Assembly: GCA_964016885.1 (NCBI GenBank) | Contig: OZ024740.1 | Coordinates: 62,496,001-62,560,000 of the forward strand | DNA: 64,000 nucleotides | Direction: 5' to 3' | Source of the DNA: Eledone cirrhosa | Lineage: Eukaryota | In this document: piece by piece, positions 24,430-38,596 of the stretch | How positions within the stretch are numbered: position 1 is the stretch's first letter | How the letters are laid out: each line of letters starts with the position of its first letter | The notes under the pieces: model-generated | What the model was told of the DNA's origin: nothing | Database searches by the model: none | The model's input: the letters and a program-made list of their open reading frames with translations, nothing else | Program-made: the position numbers and the translations under genes

Positions 24430-26105
24430 GATTTGAGCTGAGAACGTAAAGAGCAGAAAAAATGCCGACAGGCATTTTGTCTGACCTTCACTCAATTCTG
24501 CTAAATCTTAATAGTCGCCTGTTTCTATACTTAGAGATGCCTTTCAATCTGTTTGATTTTTGTTCCCCACTGAATCATGTTATTTAAATTGATATTTATC
24601 TATTTATTATTCCCTATTATTTGTCTTATTCATTACTATCTATTACACCCGTTAGTCAGATAATGTTGCGCTTAACCAAAGATTAAGATAGTTCAAGTTG
24701 TGTTTTATAAAAATGTACAAAAATAAACATATCTGTAGCAATGACACGTAACATTCTAGTGCTTAGTCCCCCCTTTTGTTTTAAAAATTGCTCTTCAAAA
24801 TCATATTTTGTACAGAGGTAATAAATATGTTATTTTACTTCAAATAGCAACGGCTTATATATATATATTGTTATTTCATGTTCCCTTATGCGACCATTGC
24901 CGATAAAACAATCTTACATAATTACATAATTTATAAACACCAATTCAATTTAAAATTCTCTTCAAAATCACAATCTAACCACAATCTAAATATGCAGGCC
25001 ATACGCCGTACTACCTGATATGCAACTATACATTTGACTATCATAAAAATTATTATAGTCAAACTGGTCCCTAAACTTAAAGATAATTTTGTTGATTTAT
25101 AAAAAAAAATAATTTGTATTACGAAAATGAAGGTAACTTTATATTTGTGATCATCGAGCATATATGGTAGCATTCACCGTTACCGTATAATTGCCTCCTG
25201 TTTTAAACACATTTTCTAAAATACTTCTTCCATTGTTTTAATTTGGAAAGAAATAGATTCTTGTATTATGACTAGCTGTTGATACACTGCGCCAGGCTGT
25301 TCTTCACTATTCCACCACAACCCATTTACTTATTGCTATTATAACTTCTCAGTCAGCTTTTCTTATCTCTTTCCGGCATCTGACAAAATAACTAGTCAGT
25401 TGTATGCAATAAAACTGCTTCTATGTCAGTGATATTTCCGATGACATATCTTAGCTATTAAGTCTAACCTATGCACAACAAGGATAAAGAAATTCGAGAT
25501 TACAACCAAGAAATGATCATGTGGAAGATTAATTCTTCTTGCCAAGAGTATTTCTCTATAAATGTAATATTAATCCTTCGACACAAATCTGATACAAAAT
25601 AATGATATAACTAAGTCTCAGCCACAATCCTGAACATTTACGACATCTTGGCTCCGTATTAGCATACATAAGACACACAATCTTATCGATTGTCCACAAA
25701 TTGCTGCTAAATAAATTTATTTCTGGAATATATATGAGTATTTAATATTGATCTCAAGAACATTCTAAAAGTGATTAGTAAAGATTCTACAAATGGATGT
25801 AGATGATTTTTGATTAATGCGCATAATGCACGTTATAAACAATACGACAAAGTAAGTTGAAATGTCAACGCTAAATTGATAAGTTAGTTTGGATATGTCT
25901 GCAAAACTACCAGTAAATACTATTTTTACACAAAACACCAGATGTCTCTAAAACTGTCTAATCATTTCCAATCAGAACCTGATTAAATGACCACATTTCC
26001 TTAGAATAGAATAATTTTCAGGGAAAGATTCGAAATTAGAAGAATGTTATTAATTTGATGAGTCAAATTTAATAGTGTTGCTTCAAAGAAGCCAAATATT
26101 TAGAG

Positions 26106-26371
26106 CAGTCATGGGCTGAATGGCTCGCCTAAGTCACCTAAGTGAAATCTTTCTGGGTTTTTTACTCCAATATTTCAGTTGTAATTTATCTTTCTATCAT
26201 TTTTACGACCGAGGAAAACATGTACGAATTCTGAAGAAACAAATCAAAACAACCTGAGTTACCGCCCTTTTTTTAAATGTAGGCACGAATGTAAATTAGC
26301 GCTTGCGGCCCGCCTGATGATGAGCCATATCTAATGCGGCCAGCTTCTCGAAAAAAGGTTGCCCATGCCTG
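26106..26371. mobile_element. hAT (Charlie-like) MITE
   Basis: TIRs CAGTCATGGGC / GCCCATGCCTG and a perfect 8-bp TSD ATTTAGAG (26098-26105, 26372-26379). Confidence 0.85.
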
Positions 26372-27219
26372 ATTTAGAGCCTGCAGTTCGATGTTTGAAC
26401 TGGGTCAAGATTAACTCTTAACAACATGTAATGATTTTGTAGAAAATATTTAGAAAGGGGTCCGTTATTTCGAATTTTTCTATCTTTACTGTTGGACAGA
26501 TTGTTGTAAGCATTTACAATACTACAATGTTTAATGTGATGCAGGCATAGTGTTGTTTGTACTTTAAAAAAAAATGTTTTGCTATTCTGGTTTCGTGTGA
26601 CACAGGTTATTGAGAGTTATAGACTACAAATAATACAGTTACTGGATACAAATGTAATTTTTGGACGGGCTATAAGTTTAAGGTACAGTTTAGAGAAAAA
26701 GTCGGAAATATGTTTTTGAGCCAGAGAAGCTCTGCATGTGAGTTAAAACTAACGAATGATTTACTTTAGCTAAAATGATGAGTAAAACTACAATAAAAAT
26801 AATGTTTTAAAATATAAATGAATAAATAATATATAAATGACTAATTAGAATATAAATGAATAATTAAAGTACACAATAAATAAGTTCTTTAATCTATCTT
26901 AGGTAATTAAGTTTACTTCTTGTCAAATGTGTTCCCAGTGGTTTTGATTTGCCGGTTAATGTACAAGTAGCATACCACTAAAAGGGGAGCGCATAACTTG
27001 GCTGTTCTGAGTTTGATGAAAGAAGCACCCGCCCCCAAAGTCCTTCAAATCCCGATCGTCTGGTTGTCAGCACAGGTTTTCCTGCTATATATAGAGTTTT
27101 AACTCCAAAATAGTTTTACGGAAAGACTAAATGGTCTTAAAATATAAGAACAATACATCTTCACACAATAATAATTAATTGAATAATCAATAATTTGACT
27201 GAATTAGATTCACACATAT

Positions 27220-27375
27220 AATTGTTTCTACTTTTGGCACAAGGCCAGCAATTACACAGTACATTACTGGTACTTAATTTTATCGGGATTATAGCGGGAT
27301 TTGAACTCAGTCCGTAAAGGGACGTAACTGTGCTGCAAAGCATGGCGTCCGACCCTCTACCGATACTGTCAATCC
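27220..27375 (-). mobile_element. SINE (Meta-domain-like), internally deleted
   Basis: Head and tail of the family consensus, most of the central domain missing. Confidence 0.75.
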
Positions 27376-28510
27376 ACCAATCCACCAAAGGAGTACTAGC
27401 ATATTGTTACACTGTTCGTAACTTGTAAAAAATGTTAAACATATATTCAATGTGTATACAAAACGAATAACATAGTAGTTTTGCTGTGTTACACAACATA
27501 ATATCAACATCCTCTATAACTGGTTCTACATCTTTTCTGAAATATGATTAACAAAAAAATGGAAATAATGTAATTATTTCACTAACATTAACACAAATGG
27601 AACTGTTAAAATATTCGCTTTGCATACATCTCGGACAGGTCCGTCTGACAGCACTTCCGCGTCTGTAGAGTTTGTCTCGAAACGTCAGTGTCCCCGGTAG
27701 TATTGCCTGGCCAGGGATTTCTGGAAATTGACCATAGTCAACTGGTGCTTAACTATTCTGCTAATCCGGTCGCTGTAGACTTTATGCGCCAGGACCGACA
27801 CTTAGTAACATATATTTCCCTATTCACTTTTGAATTACCCATTCTTTAACTGATATATATATATAGTTTATACAAATCTACCTTAATTCTATAAACTATC
27901 CAATATACACAACTATCTTAGTTTTATGTATCAGCCAAATGCCCACCTGGTGTACACAGAATAAAACATACATAAGTGTCACAACCCCATTTTATCTCTA
28001 TACCCCTTAATATCAATTTCGTTTTATTTTGTTTTAGTTTCGCATTCAAAGCATTACCTAAATTCACTCCACAAATTGAAATACACATACTCTTAATTGT
28101 GGCATAAGTTTTTTTTCAGATTAAACTGTTCTCTCAAATTACACTCACCTGCCTCTGCCGAAAAACATTGTTCGTACATTACTCGGTAGAAAATCATCTC
28201 TTGTTTTAAACATTACTTGTACTTAAAAACGAATTTTAAGGAATATAACTTTAGAAAACAGCATTTTTCTATATTCTCTATATCAGTAATTCAGATATGA
28301 CAATTTAAATGTAAACACTATTTGTCATCTCTGTAAATATTTTATATGAGATTTTGTACATATTTTATGAGATTTTCTTGTTAAATATCTCACCCAGACA
28401 TTTAGTTTCATATAATCTTTCTATAATAACTATTATAACTTGTCTATTATAACTTGTGCTTAAATATTTATTTTGTTTTACAATTTCCGAACAGCATAGT
28501 GTTTATTTTA

Positions 28511-29015
28511 TCCCGCCGAGGTTAACTTTTCCTTTCATCCTTACGGGGTCGATAAAATAAAGTACCAGTAATGTACTGGTTAATTGCTGGCCTTGTGCCA
28601 AAGGTAGAAACAATTATTTTAAGGGGGATTGGCAGTATCAGTAGAAGGTCGGACGCCATGCTTTGCAACATAGAGTTACGCCCCTTTATAGTGTGAGTTC
28701 AAATCGCGCCGAGGTTAACTTTGCCTTTCATCCTTACGAGGTCGATAGAATAAAGTACCAGTAATACACTGGGGTAATTGCTGGCCTTGTGCCAAAAGTA
28801 GAAACAATTATTTTAATGTCAAAAGGGCGCTGGATTGGCAGTATCGGTAGAGGGCCAGACGCCATGTTTTGTAGCATAGAGTTATGGCCCTTTACGATCT
28901 GAGTTCAAATGTGGCCGAGGTTAACTTTGCCTTTCATCCTTACGGGGTCGATAAAATAAAGTAGCAGTAATGCACTGGTTAATTGCTGGCCTTGTGCCAA
29001 AACTAGAAACAATTA
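28511..29015 (+). mobile_element. Three tandem SINE copies
   Basis: Family consensus three times, first copy 5'-truncated. Confidence 0.85.
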
Positions 29016-29533
29016 TTTTAATGTCAAAACGCTGTTTTAATATTCTTATTTCTGTTGTGTCTACCCAACAAAACATTTACGTATCATCAAATAACAAATT
29101 TAAGTATTTCCGATACTCTGAACATGTAATTTATGTACTAAATGAATGTTTTCAGGCAAAACATTGACTCTTGATGTTTTTCACAAGTAATATCCACACA
29201 AGTAAATGTATGCTTATCTTCTATTAAACAGCTTCTTTGCAAATTAAGCAGAATTCTTCTGATATCACACTTTTCCAATTTATCGAATGTTTTATTGGGA
29301 TCAATTGTATGAAAGCTTACACGAGGTCTATAAACACCTAGACAGCATATATATCTTTGCTTATGAAATTTGCAATTTCTTTGGAGGCAAAGAGGTTGGT
29401 CTCTTGTTGAATATATACTGACAACCTGGAAAATACTAATGATAATGTTTTTACTTTCATGAAATTACATAACCAGACATTTCAGAATGCTGAGGGGGAC
29501 TTCATCAGAACTATTCTTATATTTGTGCACGCA

Positions 29534-29668
<135 letters not shown>

Positions 29669-30410
29669 GATAACTAGAAATTGATTAACATATATATAAA
29701 CATGAATAATCACAGGAGATAATTTTTACAAGTGTGTAACCACACATAGCTAGGTAGGTAACTAAATAAAGTTGACTAGAACTTCAAAAATAGATACCTT
29801 ATAATATGATTAATCTTCCCTGTATATATTCCATTAAAGAAATATATTTCACCAATTAATCAGATGGTAAACCACGGAAGTGGATATTTTGGATTTTTAA
29901 CAAGGAAGAAAATTTCCAGCAATCCGTGTTTACACTACAAGTTCAAATCTGCAACTGGCTATTACCACGTGTTGTATTTACAATAAATACACACATAATA
30001 GTAGCTTCGTCCCAGTGGCCTGAATAGGGTTATCGACAACTAGAAACAGCAGTCGAGTCCTTTCAACAGAGTTAGCTCTACAATATATTTATTGTAAATA
30101 CAACACGTGGTAATAGCCAGTTGCAGGTTTAAACTTGTAGTGTAAACAAGGATTGCTGGAAATTTTCTTCCTTGTTGAAAATCCAAAATATCCACTTCCG
30201 TGGTTTACCATCAGATTAATTGGTGAAATATATTTCTTTAATGGAATATATACAGGGAAGATTAATCATATTATAAGGTATCTATTTTTAAAGTTCTAGT
30301 CAACTTTATTTAGTTACCTACCTAGCTATGTGTGGTTACACACTTGTAAAAATTATCTCCTGTGATTATTCATGTTTATATGTTTATATATATGTTAATC
30401 ATTTTCTAGT

Positions 30411-30551
<141 letters not shown>

Positions 30552-31070
30552 TGTGTGCACAAATATAAGAATAGTTCTGATGAAGTCCCCCTCAGCATTC
30601 TGAAATGTCTGGTTATGTAATTTCATGAAAGTAAAAACATTATCATTAGTATTTTCCAGGTTGTCAGTATATATTCAACAAGAGACCAACCTCTTTGCCT
30701 CCAAAGAAATTGCAAATTTCATAAGCAAAGATATATATGCTGTCTAGGTGTTTATAGACCTCGTGTAAGCTTTCATACAATTGATCCCAATAAAACATTC
30801 GATAAATTGGAAAAGTGTGATATCAGAAGAATTCTGCTTAATTTGCAAAGAAGCTGTTTAATAGAAGATAAGCATACATTTACTTGTGTGGATATTACTT
30901 GTGAAAAACATCAAGAGTCAGTGTTTTGCCTGAAAACATTCATTTAGTACATAAATTACATGTTCAGAGTATCGGAAATACTTAAATTTGTTATTTGATG
31001 ATACGTAAATGTTTTGTTGGGTAGACACAACAGAAATAAGAATATTAAAAAAGCGTTTTGACATTAAAAT

Positions 31071-31588
31071 AATTGTTTCTAGTTTTGGCACAAGGCCAGC
31101 AATTAACCAGTGCATTACTGGTACTTTATTCTATCGACCTCGTAAGGATGAAAGGCAAAGTTAACCTCGGCCACATTTGAACTCAGATCGTAAAGGGCCA
31201 TAACTCTATGCTACAAAACATGGCGTCTGGCCCTCTACCGATACTGCCAATCCAGCGCCCTTTTGACATTAAAATATTTGTTTCTACTATTGGCACAAGG
31301 CCAGCTATTACCTCAGTACATTACTGGTACTTTATTTTATCGACCCCGTAAGGATGAAAGGCAAAGTTAACCTCGGCCACATTTGAACTCAGATCGTAAA
31401 GGGCCATAACTCTATGCTACAAAATATGGCGTCTGACCCTCTACCGATAGTGTCAATCCAGCGCCCTTTTGACATTAAAATAATTGTTTCTACTTTTGGC
31501 ACAAGGCCAGCAATTACCCCAGTACATTACTGGTACTTTATTTTATCGACCCCGTAAGGATGAAAGGAAAAGTTAACCTCAGCGGGAT
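31071..31588 (-). mobile_element. Three tandem SINE copies (mirror of 28511-29015)
   Basis: Family consensus three times on the minus strand. Confidence 0.85.
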
Positions 31589-33125
31589 AAAATAAACACT
31601 ATGCTGTTCTGAAATTGTAAAACAAAATAAATATTTAAGCACAAGTTATAATAGACAAGTTATAATAGTTATTATAGAAAGATTATATGAAACTAAATGT
31701 CTGGGTGAGATATTAAACAAGAAAATCTCATAAAATATGTACAAAATCTCATATAAAATATTTACAGAGATGACAAATAGTGTTTACATTTGATGATTTT
31801 CTACCGAGTAATGTACGAACAATGTTTTTCGGCAGAGGCAGGTGAGTGTAATTTGAGAGAACAGTTTAATCTGAAAAAAAACTTATGCCACAATTAAGAG
31901 TATGTGTATTTCAATTTGTGGAGTGAATTTAGGTAATGCTTTGAATGCGAAACTAAATCAAAATAAAACGAAATTGATATTAAGGGGTATAAAGATAAAA
32001 TGGGGTTGTGACACTTATGTATGTTTTATTCTGTGTACACCAGGTGGGCATTTGGCTGATACATAAAGCTAAGATAGTTGTGTATATTGGATAGTTTATA
32101 GAATTAAGGTAGATTTGTATAAACTATATATATATATCAGTTAAAGAATGGGTAATTCAAAAGTGAATAGGGAAATATATGTTACTAAGTGTCGGTCCTG
32201 GCGCATAAAGTCTACAGCGACCGGATTAGCAGAATAGTTAAGCACCAGTTGACTATGGTCAATTTCCAGAAATCCCTGGCCAGGCAATACTACCGGAGAC
32301 ACTGACGTTTCGAGACAAACTCTACAGACGCGGAAGTGCTGTCAGACGGACCTGTCCGAGATGTATGCAAAGCGAAGATGTATGCAAAGCGAATATTTTA
32401 ACAGTTCCATTTGTGTTATTGTTAGTGAAATAATTACATTATTTCCATTTTTTTGTTAATCATATTTCAGAAAAGATGTAGAACCAGTTATAGAGGATGT
32501 TGATATTATGTTGTGTAACACAGCAAAACTACTATGTTATTCGTTTTGTATACACATTGAATATATGTTTAACATTTTTTACAAGTTACGAACGTATGTA
32601 TCTTTCAGATAGAAAAATCCATCAATATTTGCATAGGTCATGTATTGATACTTCGATAAAATTTAAAATCATGGTGGATCATTTATTCAGAGATTTCTGG
32701 AAGTCGCAGTTAAATCCAAATAAAAGTTAAATACATAAAAAAAAAATCACCACCAAATACTAATAAACAGAGAACCGAAGTTTAATACATTTTAGGTACA
32801 TTTTTCATTGGTAAAAAAATCCCATTTCACTGTATTTTTTCGGTTTGACTGCCCATTAGTTAAAGTGAAAGCAATAATTTCTTCACGAACCTGTTGTGGT
32901 AAACAGAAGCCAAGTGACTTACATATATACAATATTTTACTACAAACTGTGGTAATAATATTTCTTCACATAAAAGAAGAAATCAAGAAATTGCAGACTT
33001 GGAGTTTTTGTTTAGGAATGACTCAGTTGTGTTCTTCTTTATATATATTACCCTCTTTTTAATTTTTTTCCTTCCTTTAACCCCCCCCCCCCCTTTTAAT
33101 ATCTTTCCACCACTCCCCCTCACAG

Positions 33126-33372
33126 ATAGAGCGCTCGTGATGTTTGCTCTAATCAGATTAGAGCAAACATCACGAGTGCTCTATTCAAAATTATTTTTGA
33201 AAAGCATTAGAAATGCGCAACCGGTAAAAACTTAAAACTAAAAGTCAATACTAACCAATACTTATTACTAATTTATACTTATTCCTAATTAAACTATTTT
33301 TCACTGGGAAAAATTTGTCAGCATTTTCTTTTTCTTTTTACTAATATATCACAACTCGTGTGTCACACCTCT
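33126..33372 (+). mobile_element. Penelope-terminal-repeat-like repeat (copy 2) starting with a 29-bp-arm palindrome
   Basis: ATAGAGCGCTCGTGATGTTTGCTCTAATC-A-GATTAGAGCAAACATCACGAGTGCTCTAT, then sequence near-identical to 6110-6330. Confidence 0.55.
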
Positions 33373-33479
33373 ATTTAAAAAAAAATATATATATATATAT
33401 ATACATAATATGACATGTGCACCATAACTAGTGTTTGTGGCACTTCAAACGTGCCGATGCCAACAATTTCCCTTCTCTC

Positions 33480-35060
33480 TCAATATCTTTATTTCGTGCT
33501 GTGATGGTCATCAATTCTTCGTTGGCTCTCCTTACTAGCATGAAGTTTGGTGTCTGTGTGGCTGGTTGGTTTTGTTGTGTTTTCTTTTAGTCAGGAGTTG
33601 TAGTTGTGGTAGTGTTGCTGGTGGTAGCGATGGTTTATTATGGGTGTTTTCTGTGTTTTCTTGAGTTTGTGTTAGTGTGAAGCACGATGATTTTTTGTGC
33701 GTTTTCTTTTTTTTATATTCTTTTTTGGAGGTGGGGGTGGGGGAGGAGGCTTAGCCCCCCCCTCCCATCTTCACTTTGAGATGAAGAGGTACTGGTGTCT
33801 GCAGAATCAGTCTCGGATATAAGTAGAGGTGTATTTGTATTTGTTTGAGTGTATGTGTGTGTTTGTGTTTGTTTGAGTGTATGTGTGTGTGTGTGTATGT
33901 CTGTGTGTGTGTGTGTGTGTGTTTGTGTTTGTGCGTGTGTATGCCTGTGTTTGTGTGCCTGTGTGCGTGCGCGCGTGTGTATGTGTGTATGTTTAAAGGG
34001 AGCGGAGAGAGAGAAAGAGGGAATTTAGTTGAGAGACACTCAGTGAATTTTTTACGATGTCTATTGTATTTTTATCTGCTATTGGTAGTGGTGGTTGTGC
34101 TTCTTGCTGATACTATTGGTGCTGTTTTTGTGTCAGCTGCTTCTGTTGTCGCAACTGTCGGTGTATCTATTGGTGTTGCTGTTGTTCCTATTGTCACTGT
34201 TGTTGTTGTTATTGCAAGTATAGCAAAGCCTCTTTGTTGTGCTTTTGTTGAGGTCGTGGTGTTGCTAGTAGCAATGGTCACTTTACTCTTATATTTTAGG
34301 GGGTCATGAGGCTCTTTGGTGGCTCGCTATCCCACACAGATGGCATTTAAGCTTTTCGCATTGAATGTTTATTCTAAGTTCTACCCCGTTGGGCAGCTGT
34401 ATTATGTCTGTGATTTTTTGTACCGGCCTCATCTGAAGCAGAATCTCCAGGTTTATCCCGGACCATTTTTGTCTTTTGCTGTGTTTGATCTCAAGGAGCG
34501 TGTGCTGGTCCTTAAGGGCAACGCAGGCAAAATTCCACCAGATATTTAGGCCTGGTGGAACACTCGATATCCCCAGCCTAATAGTTATCCTTGAGAGGTA
34601 CATCAGATATAGGACAAACTTCTCATTCCAACGGGGAACCACCAAATGTTTTCGTACGAGGTCCTCACTTTTGAAGCCTTCTATACTGGAATGACTGTAG
34701 CAGGTTCGGCTTGCCGGATCCGTAGGGACATACTTCAGTAGACCAGTTTTTTTTCTCCTGTCACTATTTCACGTGGCACCAATACTGTTGTCTTCTCACT
34801 TTCAAAGTGTATGATCTTTTTGGCTAGAGTCAATTCAATCTTTCATTGCCAGTGTTAACGGAAACATTTCTTTTATATTTATACTCTCGATGTCCGAAAA
34901 CATTTTTGGTTATTGTGTTGTTAGTGTTGTTAATTGTTTCTTTGGATTTGATGTTATTGTTGTTGTAGTTTCTTTTGTCACTGCTGTCGTTATTGTTGGT
35001 GTTCATGTTGTCGCTGGGGTTGTTTTTGATGTTTATGGTGTTGCTATTATTTGTATCAAT
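33480..35060 (-). pseudogene. Decayed L1/Tx1-type ORF1 (gag-like, zinc knuckle)
   Basis: GINLEILLQMRPVQKITDIIQL...KCHLCGIASHQ aligns by eye to GMGLDLLVQMRPERIAQIPDRI...YSCTERGHVKANCP of ORF 38780-40051, followed by a similar Thr-rich tract; boundaries approximate. Confidence 0.6.
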
Positions 35061-35113
35061 TATGATGGTGGATTGACAGTATTAGTAGAGCGTCGGTCAC
35101 AGAGCTTTGAAGT

Positions 35114-35280
35114 ATAGAGTTACGGCCCTTTACATTATGAGTTCAAATCCCGCCGAGGTTAACTTTGCCTTTCATCCTTACGGGATCGATAAATAAAGCA
35201 CCAGTAATGTACTGGGATCGATTTAACCGACTTTCCTCTCCGCTTCAAGCTGCTTGCCTTATGCCTATAGTAGAAACGAT
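35114..35280 (+). mobile_element. SINE (Meta-domain-like variant)
   Basis: B box and central domain; longer 3' part. Confidence 0.7.
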
Positions 35281-35637
35281 TATTTGTATCATTTCTTTTC
35301 GTTGTTGACTTCATTTAGCTTTTCTGAGTTCAAATCTCTCCGAGGTTAACTTTGCTTTTCATCCTTTCCTGGTCAATAATTAAATATCATTCTTTTACTG
35401 AGTTGAGATTTTCTCTATATCTCTTTCCCACGTTATTTTCCTCTCTCTCACCTATTCAAATACCTAAGATACATTGTATGTCACGGCAGTGTCTTACATC
35501 TCTATCAAGAGTTTAATCAGTGGATGGTTAATAGAAACATATCCAAACGACAATAACTTTTTCTTGCACATTTTATGCATTTATACAAATATAAGAAATA
35601 AAAAAATGTCGAAAATATTGAGATGAAGTGAGTCCTA

Positions 35638-35921
35638 CTAAAAGTCTAAAGTCTGTCTTAAGCCAGAAGGCATTTTGGCCGATGCTTATCCCGGTTTCAT
35701 GGCGTGAAGCGACTGAGAGTACAACACTCCCCACTGGACAGGACGCCAGTCCATGGCAGGGTTAAACCTCCAGCTATTGCTGGTACTCATTTTCAGCTGA
35801 GTATACTGGAGCAACGTGAAATGAAGTGTTTTGCTCAAGAACACAACACGCAACCCAGGAATCGAGCCCACGACATTATGATCGTAAGTCCAACACTCTT
35901 ACCACTAGGCCACGTGCCTCC
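35638..35921 (-). mobile_element. tRNA-derived CORE-like SINE
   Basis: A box TGGCCTAGTGG, B-box-like GGCTCGATTCC, CORE-like GTGTTCTTGAGCAAAACACTTCATTTCACGTTGCTCCAGT, short-repeat tail AGACTTT. Confidence 0.75.
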
Positions 35922-36028
35922 ACAGAAGTGATCCCTACACCCGCAGACATTACATCTTTTTTCTTCCTCTGATCGCCCTGTATGAGAAATCAGTCGACCA
36001 ACCAGACTTACATCGTTACTTGCCATCG

Positions 36029-36118
<90 letters not shown>

Positions 36119-38272
36119 CCAGGTCTCGACAGTCTACCCTACGAATTTTACGTAGCAATGCCGGACTTATTCTCCGGTCTCCTGGAAGCGGTCTACTGCA
36201 ACTGGCAACAGAACGGGAGAATTCCCAGTTCTGTAACCGGGGGCGTGGTCACACTAGTCAGGAAGGACGAGAATAAGGGGGATGACATAGGCAACTTCCG
36301 GCCCATAGCTCTTCTAAACACAGAGTTACAGATTTTGGCCAAGGTGTTGGCAAAGAGGCCGGCGCTTGTCGTCGAGAACCTGGTGGGAGAAGCGCAGACA
36401 TGCACAATCCCGACCAGGTCCATACACGACAACCTCCACCTCATGCGATACATCATAGAGAGGGTAGGGTGTAAACCCGGCTTCGGTGGGGCCCTGATCA
36501 ACTTGGATGAGTCTAAGGCTTTCGATAGGGTTGACCATCGTTACCTGGATGCGGTGCTCGAGGCGGCAGGCTTCGGACCTGTGTTCAGGGGCTGGATTGC
36601 TGCAATGCACAACAGCAACATCTGCTCAAGGGTCAAGGTGAACGGCTACCTCTCAGAGCCGTTCCATATTACGCGATCCATTCGACAGGGATGCCCTCTC
36701 TCCTCCCTTCTGTACGTACTGACTCTCGAACCACTACTGCGGAAGTTGGAGCTATTGCAGGGCATCCCTCTTGAACCGGGACTGCGGAAAGCGGCGTCGG
36801 CCTACGCCGACGACGTGACAATAGTGGTGTCGAACGCCTCGCAAATCGAGGAAGTCGGCACCTTACTGAAGGAATACGAAAGTTTCACAGGAGCGAAGCT
36901 GAACCGGGACAAGTCCATCGGTTTGCAACTCGGATCGTGGAGAGGCAAACCGATGCCTTCCGATGGCGTCGTCTGACGCTGGACGGAAGGACCGGTAAAG
37001 CTGCTCGGGGTCTGGTTTGGTCCGGACCTCCAGGTGGAGAAGAACTGGAACGAAGTGACGGCCAAGGTGTTTGCACTCACCCAGAAGTGGGCCGAGTGCA
37101 AACTATCCTTGAAAGGTCGAGCGGAGGTGATGAACACTTTTATAGCGTCCGCCATCTACTACCGCTTGACCGTCGTGCTTTGTCCAGCCAAAACGCTCTC
37201 CAAAATGGAGCGCGCGCTCTTCCAATTCCTTTGGAAGAGGCGGGCTCCTTTGGTGAGAAGATCCATCTGCTGCCAACACCCTTCTAACGGAGGGCTGGGG
37301 ATGCCGTGGTTAACGATGCGCAAACACGCGCTCAGGCTGCGGCATCTCTACGTATTCCTCACCGGACAACCGGTGTGGGCCCCGTTCGTGAGGCGAGCCT
37401 TCCCACAACTCGTCTCGCTGACCGAGCTGCAGTCCTGGGTCAAGTAAAGACCGAGGAAAATGGGCGACTGGCACATCGAATGTGCTCAGGCGCTCACAGC
37501 CCTCTGGCAGGCGGACCCGGCGATCAGTGGAGACTCCACTTCGTCATTCTATAGAGGGTTGATCCGCAGCAAGTGCGACGACGCGCTCTAGGCGTAGAGG
37601 TAGGACCTTCCGCCCGGGACCGATGGACAACTTCCAAAAGTCGCTGGCCTGACAGTGCTACAGAGGAGCTCTACCAGTTCGAGACAAGCTCTACAGACAC
37701 GGGCGCCCGGGCAGGGACCCTGCAAAAAAGATCTGTCCGAGGTGCGTGCGTAACGAAGAAACCATCGCGCACGCATTCATACACTACCCGGGCGTCACTG
37801 ACCTGTGGGGCTATGTAGAACGACTATTGTCGCGGGTGGGACCAATCCGGTTGACCACCGAGTCCATTGTCATGATCAAACCGCCACCCCCCTTCAAAAA
37901 CGAAGGAGAGGCGGTTTTCCTTTGTGTGATAGCTATGGCGAAAGAAGTTGTATGGTGGACAAGGTTGAAAGGTGGGTGAAAGTGGCGAGAATGGCCCGAG
38001 TGAATGGGCCTTCTCTCTATATCAGCCTGTAGGTTGAGGAAAAGGAGGAGGAGAGGAAAGGAGTACAAACTCTTCGTACTCCTGGAGATGAGGGTTGCAC
38101 ATTTTTTTCGGGGGTATGTGTTACCCATATGAACTGTCTCCCCCTATTGGGGAAAATCGACTAATTTTTTAAATTGCATTTGTGATAACATTTTACACGT
38201 TTTTATTGTATGTAAACTTCCCCCTTTGTATTTGTCCCCTTCTTTTGTGCCCCTGTGGCTAATAAAGAAACA
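36119..38272 (+). mobile_element. L1/Tx1-clade LINE copy 1, 5'-truncated and internally deleted
   Basis: SPGLD, NFRPIALLN, LDESKAFDRVDH, SIRQGCPLS, AYADD, GGLGMP; flanked by (ATCT)n on both sides. Confidence 0.9.
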
Positions 38273-38289
38273 TATCTATCTAGCTATCC

Positions 38290-38368
<79 letters not shown>

Positions 38369-38596
38369 CATCTATCTATCTATCTATCTCCAGATGGCAT
38401 AGACGTGTTTCACATCGACTCCGCGAATATTGGAGATATTACGTGTTAACAGTAAGTGTCTGTCTGTATTCTTGCGTTATTTTGTTAATTAACCCCCTTG
38501 CCTGGGTCTTCGGACATTAGGGTTAATTTATTTCACCCCTTTTGGGGTGAAATTTTTCATCCTAAAAATCTTGCAATTGTCTCTACGCTAGTGGTA

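Noticed and set aside
27650-27690. Hammerhead-like CTGTAGAG TTTGT CTCGAAACGTCAGTG, mirrored at about 32300-32340
   Set aside because: Core is mutated and stem I does not pair next to the core; at most a remnant
28511-29015. Regularly repeated units as a CRISPR-like array
   Set aside because: Units are ~190-bp SINE copies with Pol III boxes in eukaryotic DNA; no unique spacers and no cas genes
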